Positions 56,546 through 64,000 of a DNA stretch of 64,000 nucleotides are shown here, piece after piece; within the stretch, counting starts at the first letter, position 1, and the number at the start of each line of letters is the position of its first letter. The DNA comes from Naegleria gruberi (lineage: Eukaryota). Below the pieces are notes generated by a model. The model was not told the origin of the DNA. It worked only from the letters and a program-made list of their open reading frames with translations, and made no database searches. The stretch lies in the NCBI GenBank assembly GCA_000004985.1, contig GG738882.1. One strand, written 5' to 3'. The translations under genes were made by a program, and so were the position numbers.

Positions 56546-57928
56546 CTATTCCCATTGGAATGAATTACAAAGTTGAACTGTTGGTGCCTGTGTTAACACA
56601 AACTTTTTAAAATCATTCAACCATGACTTTACACGTTTTTCATTGGTATCTTTGAGATCAAACTTTGATCTAGAATAAATTACAATTGAAAACTTTGGTT
56701 TTCTAACTTCTTCGGTGGATTGAGTATCGTCATAAAGATTATTAGAAGTATCGGACAGTAAATCTCTAATATCAAAATCTGTCGTTCTTCTAATACTAAA
56801 TCTTTTCAAAATATCACCAACATTGCTCTCAAAATTTGGTGGTGACATATTTGATAAGGTATCATCTAGCTCTTCGTTTTTGTTGGGTGAGGTAACTTCT
56901 GCTGTTGTTTCAGTATTAGTTTCAGGTGATTTTGGTGGAATTTCCTGAACAAATTGCACAGTTATAAAGTCATTAATAAATGATGCTTTCTGCATATAGG
57001 TATACAAGCAAATATCATGATTCGAATCGACCAATTCTACCTTCTCCAGTTTTGAAATAAACTTTTCCCATAAATTAATCAGAGTTTCAATACTAATGTT
57101 TTGGAAAATGGGTGAAATATACTCTGCTCTCCTATCGAATGAAGTACTGAACTTTTCAAAACCTAATGGTGCCGAAAAGAACCAATTATTTCTGGAATTT
57201 GGTTTGTGAATCATCCAATCAATATTCTTATTGGGATGTTTCGAAGGATTTGATTCTGATAAAACTAGTGGTGGTTTAGCTGAAAAGAAGTGCGTAACTA
57301 GCTTTTGCAACTCTGAATTATCCTCCTTCAATATAATATCAACCATCTTTTTGAAATACTCGTTAAATTGTTCAACTCTCTTTTCAATATTTTCCTTTTT
57401 TAAATTTCCAATAATTAGCTTTTTCGGAAAGAGTGATTTCATATCCTTACTGTTCTGTAGGGAGGTAGTAGTAGTAGTAGTAATTTCAATGAAACGTTGA
57501 TGATAATCATACAATTCACTATATCTTTTAGTAACTGTCCAATCGGAGTGATTCATAAATCCACAAGTCTCTCGAGGTGATTCATGATGATGTTGATTAT
57601 TGTGATTGTGATGGTGGTGATGATGATGATGTTGATTAGGAGAGGCTCCTCCTCCACCACCATTAGAAGTAGTCTCTGAATGTGATGACGTAGAAATCCC
57701 ATCATCATCAAACTCCTCCACATATGAATACTTGTACTCTCTATCAAAAGGTGATGAATAATTGAGTGGCACAACATCACCACTCAACTCTGCATTCTCC
57801 AAGTGTGATGACGAGACTCCAAGTTGCTTCCTTTTTCTCCTATTTTCAATTTGTATCGTGTATAATACAAATGGTTTGGAATCATCTGTTTGATGATGAA
57901 GTTCGTATCGTATTACCTTGATATTCAT
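56546..57928 (-). CDS. PX-domain protein (sorting-nexin-like) with His/Gly-rich insert
   Basis: FVLYTIQIENRRKRKQL ... WTVTKRYSELYDYHQRFIE is the RR(Y/F)SDF..L signature of PX domains. It has a poly-His/Gly tract. I take the first ATG at about 57928; the ORF track starts at 57952 on TTG. Confidence 0.55.
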   Translation of the reverse strand: MNIKVIRYELHHQTDDSKPFVLYTIQIENRRKRKQLGVSSSHLENAELSGDVVPLNYSSPFDREYKYSYVEEFDDDGISTSSHSETTSNGGGGGASPNQHHHHHHHHNHNNQHHHESPRETCGFMNHSDWTVTKRYSELYDYHQRFIEITTTTTTSLQNSKDMKSLFPKKLIIGNLKKENIEKRVEQFNEYFKKMVDIILKEDNSELQKLVTHFFSAKPPLVLSESNPSKHPNKNIDWMIHKPNSRNNWFFSAPLGFEKFSTSFDRRAEYISPIFQNISIETLINLWEKFISKLEKVELVDSNHDICLYTYMQKASFINDFITVQFVQEIPPKSPETNTETTAEVTSPNKNEELDDTLSNMSPPNFESNVGDILKRFSIRRTTDFDIRDLLSDTSNNLYDDTQSTEEVRKPKFSIVIYSRSKFDLKDTNEKRVKSWLNDFKKFVLTQAPTVQLCNSFQWE

Positions 57929-58291
57929 CAACAACAATTTTTCCTTTTCCAATGGTATGATGATATATTGATAATATTTACACTCTATAATAATACAGTA
58001 TAATACAGTATCCTCTCACTCACTCAATATATTACACGCACACACTATTAATTTCACTGCACAAACAGAAAGTAGCAACAGGATGGACCACTCAAGAGGT
58101 TACTTTTTTTTATTGTAAAAGTTTGTCTTGTCGGTTGGCCAATAATAAGAATGAAATGTGTGTGATTACTTCTTCTGATTGGTCCGCTGATATGATAATG
58201 GTAATTATATTTTGGTATTTGTTGTAATACTTTGATTTACAGGATAACATGAATATAATAGGTGTGAAACAGATCAGATAATGTTAAAAAA

Positions 58292-59494
58292 TTATCGGAG
58301 TGATCTTGTGGATTGTTCAATAAGATCTAATTTGGGTTGAATATCTTGGTTGAAAGATTGAGTGATGGTTTTGAGTGTGGAGCCATCTTGAATGATCTTT
58401 TGATAGGAATCTTTGATTTGATTTACGTTTTTGACAAACTATTAGAGTTTTTAGTGAAAGATCGATATAAAAAGAATAACTTACTGTCTCTAAAGTAGTC
58501 AAAACTTCTGGAATGGAGACTGATAATTCTTCGAGTTGGGATTTCTCTTCTACAGGTTTTGGATTGATCCATTGTGTAAATTCCTCATGATAGACGTGCA
58601 TAAATTGGTCAACTAAGGTGCTGAATCGACCGATGGCTTCACCCAATAGTTGTATCTTTTCATTGTGTTCCACTGAGAGATTGGACATGATATAATAATT
58701 TCCTCCCGTATGTAAGGTCTGTTCATTCAAAACAACTGATTGTCCTCTATGTTGCTCATCAATATTTGTCTGTAATTCCTCAATAATATCCTGATATCTT
58801 TGAATGTGAAGATTTGCCTTTTCCACATCTGTTTTGAATGAGGCAGCATCTGGAAGTTTCTTCCTCTTGAATTTAGAACTCATTTCATTTGAGAAGAGTT
58901 TCATATCATTGGCCAAAACTGAATCCTTATTGTGACATATGTGATTGATAAAATTGTGATCCTTTGTAAATTGTTGTTTCAATTCCTCTGTATTATTGAA
59001 TCTGTTCAATTTGGAATAGAGATTTAGTAATTATTTCTTTTAGAATATTGTCACATAAAGAAACCTACCCTTTCACTGAATAGATCAAATCCAAAATATC
59101 CATTATGAATTTAATATTTCTCTCCAATGTACATTCTCCTCTTACAATTTCCATATCACAAAATTCAATAATTCCCAACCAAGAGAAAGCTCGGAGAATG
59201 GCTAGTTAAATTAAATAATACTAGTATTGGATGAATAACACTTACATTGTTCTTTGTGATCATTACTGTCCAAAGGCAATCGGAGAGCATTGTTTACTTC
59301 ATCAGGAAAATAACTAGGAACAAAGTATTTGTTCAACATGTACATTAAAATGTCATAGCGAATGTATCCTGCATTTAATAGATAATCTTCCTCTATGGAT
59401 TGTCTGTAGAGCGTGATGGCTTGTGGATGTGAATCCCAAGATAAAACTGTTTTGATTTTTTCAATGAGTTTTGAAACGGTTGGAAGTTTATGCA
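58292..59494 (-). CDS. Four-exon coiled-coil protein (about 348 aa), hypothetical; exons 59494..59246, 59201..59069, 59001..58485, 58438..58292
   Basis: Intron 1 59202..59245 (GTAAGT...AACTAG) joins in phase 1. Intron 2 59002..59068 (GTAGGT...TTGAACAG) joins in phase 2 and gives ...IYSVKG|G|FNNTEELKQQF..., which explains why ORF 58317..59009 has no ATG for 35 codons. Intron 3 58439..58484 (46 nt, GTAAGT...TAATAG) joins in phase 0. Exon 1 coordinates are approximate to ±1 nt. Confidence 0.45.
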
Positions 59495-59601
59495 TTTTTT
59501 TGGCGCGTGAATTTAACAGAAACAAGGTGGGAAATGAATTCAAAAGGAAAGAACAAAGATGATGTAAATGTTTGATTTAATGTTAAAAAAAGATAAAAAG
59601 T

Positions 59602-62133
59602 TTATTGTTGATGACCATAAGGATGGTGCTGTAAAGAAGAATTGTGTTGTGGAGGCATGTTCATGAAAGGTTGTTGAATGTCTTGCATTGAATTATGTCG
59701 AAGAGACATATTGTTGATTGGAGGTAAATGTTGTGGTGGCTGTTGTTGTTGTTGGTCAAAAGCAGGATAAGAATCACCAAATCCTCCCTCTTCCAGAACT
59801 ATTTCTGTAGTATCATTTTTCTTTGGCTCAGGAACGAAATGAGAAGATGTCATAGGACCATCCATTGGAGGTAATCTGGCCAATCTTTCCTGGAATCCTT
59901 GATAAGGGGTTGGAGTTAGTATCTCTGTGGACGTCAGATTGATATCATTTACAATGTGATGCGTCGAGTCCAATGAAATGGTGTGACTATTAGTAACATG
60001 TGATGTACCTTGATTTACAAGAGTTCTCATTATGATACCATCCCTGGAATCAGTTTCTGGTTGGGATCTGTATGATTGTTGAGGAATGTTAGTTGGAGCT
60101 ACCATTGATCGAGAATACTTATGTTCCTCTGGAATATTGGAATGCATAGTTGGAGGAGATTGGTGTTGAGGATAAGCATAGTGTGAACTAGATGATTGTT
60201 GTTGAACTGGTGGAAGATACAGGTCATTAGGAGTTTGGGAGGAAGGTGCATTAGATGCTGATGTTTGATAGGATTGAATTAGATCTTGGAGGGAAGGAAT
60301 GTATTGGTTGCAACTGACAGAAGCCAAAACATCAATACTGCTTGGTGATTGAGCTCCTTTCTTTGCTTTTTTGTTTTTACGTAATTGGGAATTGTTACTG
60401 ACTTGAAGTGAGGTAGAAAGTGATCGTTGAGGTCTATTTTCTATTGAACTTGTTGGAGATTCATCGAGTGGTGAACCCTTATCTTGAACTTCTCCAGCCA
60501 ACACTGATAGAGTGAACAAATCAGGGGTGGCAACCTCTGGATTAGATTCAACATATGGAATAGGGCTCTTCTTTTTCTTTCTACGTTTTGTTGGTAAAGT
60601 AAGGCCCAATTTGATCTTGTAATTCAAAAAGAGATTTCTAATTTGAGTTTCAGTTTTGGTTGGAATGAGTTCAGCAATAGTTTTCCAGTCACGTCCATAC
60701 TCTCTGAAATATTCAAGGAATGCATCTCTTTCGCTGACAGTCCAAATAGAAACAATTTTGAGAATCTTTTTAGTCTTGTTTGGTTTGGTGATTCCTGCAG
60801 GAGGTGTAGATGGAGGCAATACTGGAGTAACTTCCTTCTTCTCTGGAACTTCCTTTGTTATCTTTTTAGTTGCTGGAGAAGTGGTACTAGGTGGTGGAAT
60901 AGCAGTCGATGAAGATGAGATAACAGCAGGTGTAGTATTAGTTGTACTAGCAACAGTGGAAGCTGCTTGTGTCTTCTTCTTCTTGTTGGCATCTTTAGTA
61001 TTGGTATTTGCAGCTACAAGTTTAAGTTTGACCTTATTGTCCTCGAAAAATTGTTTACATTGAGCTTCATCTCTAGTTTTAAGTTTTTGAGCAATCTTGG
61101 AGAAATCTGCACCAAATTTGGTGAAATGATTTTTAAATTTGGTAATTTCAGCTTGAGACCATTCTGCTAATAATTCTTCTTCCTCCTTCTTCTTATTTCT
61201 AGCTGCCACATTAGCTCTATTTTCAGCAGCTGCAACTTTAGCATCCTTTGTAAAGATTGGCTCAAGGGGAGTCATAGGAGATTCTGGTTCATTATAATCC
61301 TTTCGTTTACCTTCATCTACAAACCTTTTCCTATATTTTTGGCTTAGTTTTAACTCGTTTTTCATCTTTTTAAAATCCTCAGTCAATTTGTAATTATAAT
61401 AGAAAGTAACAACATCACCAGTTGTCTTATTTGGCAAGTATGATGCAATTACTCTCATATCCTTAGGTGTTTTTGTAAACTTATCAACAAATGTTTTCTT
61501 TTCTTCCTCTGTCCAAATCTCTTCGAGAATTCTAGTTTCTTGATACTGTTGAAGAACTTTTTCGCTTGCAGTCAAGTGGTTAGTACTAATAAAGCAGTTT
61601 CTCTTCTCCTCATCGTTGAGCATTGGTGGCACAACAGCAAGTTGATCCTTGAATCTGGTATTCTCGTTTCTAACGTCATCAATGGTAATCCTGTTTTTAG
61701 CCCACCATTCATATCTTAGCTTCTTGAAAAGATTGCCATTCTCGATATTTTTCTTTTCAAGCTTTTCTAGTCTGCCCTTGACGATCTTTGTAAGATCGGG
61801 AAGAATTTCCTGGAAAATCTCTTCATTCTTCTCACAAAAATCATAATCTTGTGGTTTTCTGAGAGTCTTTTCCATCTTTTCGTCATCCTTGTAGAGCAAG
61901 GAATCAAACTTTCTGTCGGCATATAGACTGTTTTTCATGTTTTGGTAGTACACAGCTTGGATTCTATTCTTTGGAACAAAAGGTTCGGTTTTAGTGCTCT
62001 GCTCTGTGCTCGGAAGTGTCCTATTGTTGACTGCCTCAAGTTGTTCTTCGTAGGTTTTAACTAGACTCTCCATCTTTTGAATTTCCTTCATAATTTCCTC
62101 CTGTGTTGGTTGCGAAGAGCTGAACAGGCTCAT
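59602..62133 (-). CDS. NCOR: NCoR/SMRT-like nuclear corepressor with two SANT domains
   Basis: SANT1: EIWTEEEKKTFVDKFTKTPKDMRVIASYLPNKTTGDVVTFYYNYK (NCoR WTDHEKEIFKDKFIQHPKNFGLIASYLERKTVAECVLYYYLTKK). SANT2: WSQAEITKFKNHFTKFGADFSKIAQKL. A third Myb-like motif: WTVSERDAFLEYFREYGRDWKTIAELIPTKTETQIRNLFLNYK. Q/P/S-rich tail. Confidence 0.7.
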   Translation of the reverse strand: MSLFSSSQPTQEEIMKEIQKMESLVKTYEEQLEAVNNRTLPSTEQSTKTEPFVPKNRIQAVYYQNMKNSLYADRKFDSLLYKDDEKMEKTLRKPQDYDFCEKNEEIFQEILPDLTKIVKGRLEKLEKKNIENGNLFKKLRYEWWAKNRITIDDVRNENTRFKDQLAVVPPMLNDEEKRNCFISTNHLTASEKVLQQYQETRILEEIWTEEEKKTFVDKFTKTPKDMRVIASYLPNKTTGDVVTFYYNYKLTEDFKKMKNELKLSQKYRKRFVDEGKRKDYNEPESPMTPLEPIFTKDAKVAAAENRANVAARNKKKEEEELLAEWSQAEITKFKNHFTKFGADFSKIAQKLKTRDEAQCKQFFEDNKVKLKLVAANTNTKDANKKKKTQAASTVASTTNTTPAVISSSSTAIPPPSTTSPATKKITKEVPEKKEVTPVLPPSTPPAGITKPNKTKKILKIVSIWTVSERDAFLEYFREYGRDWKTIAELIPTKTETQIRNLFLNYKIKLGLTLPTKRRKKKKSPIPYVESNPEVATPDLFTLSVLAGEVQDKGSPLDESPTSSIENRPQRSLSTSLQVSNNSQLRKNKKAKKGAQSPSSIDVLASVSCNQYIPSLQDLIQSYQTSASNAPSSQTPNDLYLPPVQQQSSSSHYAYPQHQSPPTMHSNIPEEHKYSRSMVAPTNIPQQSYRSQPETDSRDGIIMRTLVNQGTSHVTNSHTISLDSTHHIVNDINLTSTEILTPTPYQGFQERLARLPPMDGPMTSSHFVPEPKKNDTTEIVLEEGGFGDSYPAFDQQQQQPPQHLPPINNMSLRHNSMQDIQQPFMNMPPQHNSSLQHHPYGHQQ

Positions 62134-62961
62134 AATATCTGTCGACTCGTCTTGTTTGACATTTTGCTTTTGCTTCTTTTTGTTGTTTTGTCCCGAATTT
62201 CCCTTGGAAGTTGATGATGTAGTATTCTCTGTGTTTCTAAATTATTGTTGATAATAAAATAGATCAAAACAATCCAACATTAATTTGTAATAAACGTGAT
62301 GATGTAAAATAATATAATAACAAAATAATAGTAAATATCATCCAAACACAAGACATCATCATTGATAAATAATATTAAAAAAAGGTATTTGATTAATATT
62401 ATATTGTCATCAGTAGCCACTTACCGTTTTCTCTTGGTGGAATTATTATTTAGCATGGTGATTATATTAATACAGAATGATGAATTTAAATTATAGCAAA
62501 ACAGATTATGAGCGGACCCCCATGTAGAGAGAATTATTACGTTATTGATAACCCTCTCCTTGAATAAAACTTATTGATAGATGGTGGAAGGTACTTTTGA
62601 TTTGTTGTATCAATCCCGGATAGTGATTTCTTATTTTTTTAATCTTTAAATTTTTTAAGATTTAAAAAAAGTTGCAACATGAAGACTTGAGAATATTTCG
62701 GTTGGCGATCACATCCATCAAGTTGATAAAAACAAGGCGCGGAAATTCTTTCTCACTTCAATACACTTGGAGAGATGAACATTTAGTCTCTTGAACGTGA
62801 AATACACTCATTGAATTATTATTATCAAATAAAAATTGAAATTCTCTTCATCTTCCATGTTTCCTCAATTCTTTCAAATTGGAACATTTCGCTCTGGTCA
62901 AAGAACAGCATCTAATTGCCGTTGAAAGATGAACATGTTCTGAAAGGAATACACTAAAAAA

Positions 62962-64000
62962 ATGTCATCATCCATAATCACACACCATTCAACATCGATA
63001 GTGGATACAACACATGTCCATACGGAGGAGTCGGACGAAGTTCAACTATTGAAAAAGCACAACAATACAAATATTAGTACATCAAAGAGATCGGATCTTT
63101 CAAACCAAGAAGGACGATATTCATGTTGTTTAATGAGGGATATTGCTATTGGATTGTATTCGCTTGTATTTTCATTGAGTATAATTTTCATTGCCGTTGT
63201 GGCTATTATTTGGAAGGCTTCATCATCAGATTGGGCTCAAGCCATGTTGGATACACCAATTCCTAGTTATGTAACCAGTGTAAATTCTATTCCATCTAGT
63301 ATTCCATATTCTGTTTCAAACTCAACACAAGCTGTGACTGTACAGGATGCAGATTATGGAATTAAATTGTATGGAAATGTATCATTATGTGCTGAGTGTT
63401 ATTATAGACCATTTGCAACATTGGATATGTTGAGTCAATACTCAATTTCTCCTCCATGTGTCAGTGAACAGAATTGCTCTTTCTATGGAGTTAGAAGTCA
63501 GGAAATCCAAAACAGGATTTCTACACTAGGTGAAAATTGGTATCAAAATTGGGAGCCTGCAAAGAAGGTATTTGTGATTGCATTCCATCACGGTGAACGT
63601 CTCTATGCACCAAGACAAAAAATTGATCAAGTTGTTTTTGAACTTATTGGACCAACAAATACTAATTTCAGTCTTGTAATTTCTACAAATTATCCATATC
63701 AAGAACAACAGAAATTTTTCATTAGAGTTCATCCACGTGTTAAGGTGAGGAATATTCTCATTCATGGAGCTTCTAAATTCCCAGTTCCTTACAAACTTGT
63801 TGCTAAGGAATTCAGTGACAGAAATTATATCAAGACTATCAATGTTACTTCTTTGAGTAATGTTACAGATAGTGCCTACTATAGTCCAGAGTCATTTGTT
63901 TCAGCTCTTAAATACAAATACCCTGATATTGAAAGCTACACTCACTACATGATGTGTGTCACCTCACATATGTTTGAAATTAGACAAGGTGGCAAATGCT
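62962..64000 (+). CDS. 3'-truncated gene missing from the ORF track: type-II-like membrane protein with Cys-containing ectodomain
   Basis: ATG at 62962 with start context ctaaaaaaATG. The frame is open to the window end at 64000. The cytoplasmic N-terminus is followed by TM IAIGLYSLVFSLSIIFIAVVAIIW and then about 270 aa of complex, non-repetitive sequence. The opposite-strand ORF 63526..63765 is embedded in it and is probably spurious. Confidence 0.5.
   Translation, partial: MSSSIITHHSTSIVDTTHVHTEESDEVQLLKKHNNTNISTSKRSDLSNQEGRYSCCLMRDIAIGLYSLVFSLSIIFIAVVAIIWKASSSDWAQAMLDTPIPSYVTSVNSIPSSIPYSVSNSTQAVTVQDADYGIKLYGNVSLCAECYYRPFATLDMLSQYSISPPCVSEQNCSFYGVRSQEIQNRISTLGENWYQNWEPAKKVFVIAFHHGERLYAPRQKIDQVVFELIGPTNTNFSLVISTNYPYQEQQKFFIRVHPRVKVRNILIHGASKFPVPYKLVAKEFSDRNYIKTINVTSLSNVTDSAYYSPESFVSALKYKYPDIESYTHYMMCVTSHMFEIRQGGKC

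Noticed and set aside
1-64000. Trichomonad (Trichomonas-like) origin, suggested by intron-poor, AT-rich genes with ankyrin and LRR proteins
   Set aside because: A mitochondrial SDHA with presequence is present. The introns are standard GTAAGT...YAG mini-introns and lack the trichomonad ACTAACACACAG motif. Raptor, INTS9, PACS and NCoR-like genes fit an Amorphea-type protist better. The species remains unassigned.
1-64000. Prokaryotic defence island, CRISPR array or mobile element
   Set aside because: No direct repeats with spacers. No transposase, integrase or phage genes. All genes are eukaryotic in type and contain spliceosomal introns.

Overview
This window is a compact, AT-rich (about 35-40% GC in exons) eukaryotic nuclear segment, not a prokaryotic one. 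About 34 protein-coding genes lie on both strands, roughly 1.8 kb per gene, with intergenic gaps of 0-850 nt. Most genes have a run of A's immediately upstream of the ATG. The genes carry few, very short spliceosomal introns of 42-78 nt, mostly 44-51 nt. The 5' splice sites are GTAAGT/GTATGT/GTAGGT/GTGAGT/GTACGT, and a TTAAT/CTAAT branch-like motif sits about 9-19 nt upstream of the 3' YAG. The six-frame ORF track therefore breaks several genes into pieces. I re-joined these by hand: Raptor (its N-terminal exon appears as a separate 154-aa ORF), aromatic amino-acid decarboxylase (3 exons), a receptor-type cyclase (3 exons), a Ras-like GTPase (3 exons), FNIP (2 exons), RSL1D1 (2 exons), RCC1 (2 exons), roadblock (exon 1 is the ATG alone), an SBP_bac_3-like secreted protein (3 exons), and a 4-exon coiled-coil gene built from three separate ORFs. 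Genes I can recognise include SDHA, cytosolic AspRS, Raptor, FNIP, INTS9, XPR1/PHO1, Fip1, PACS, NCoR/SMRT-like, RFWD3-like, MRNIP-like, DDC-like, NSDHL-like, roadblock and RSL1D1. The gene content points to a mitochondriate, Amorphea-type protist, possibly amoebozoan-like, with Asn/Gln-rich low-complexity proteins; I cannot name the species. I found no rRNA, tRNA, CRISPR array, transposon or prokaryotic defence system. The most interesting points are: a DNA-damage-response gene pair with abutting stop codons; two divergent cyclase-homology genes, one of them probably a pseudo-cyclase; a locus with degenerate protein-kinase remnants joined to a TPR protein; a Rad51-paralog-like gene with a dead Walker A; a secreted bacterial-type solute-binding-domain gene that contains introns; and a 3'-truncated gene at the window end that the ORF track omits.
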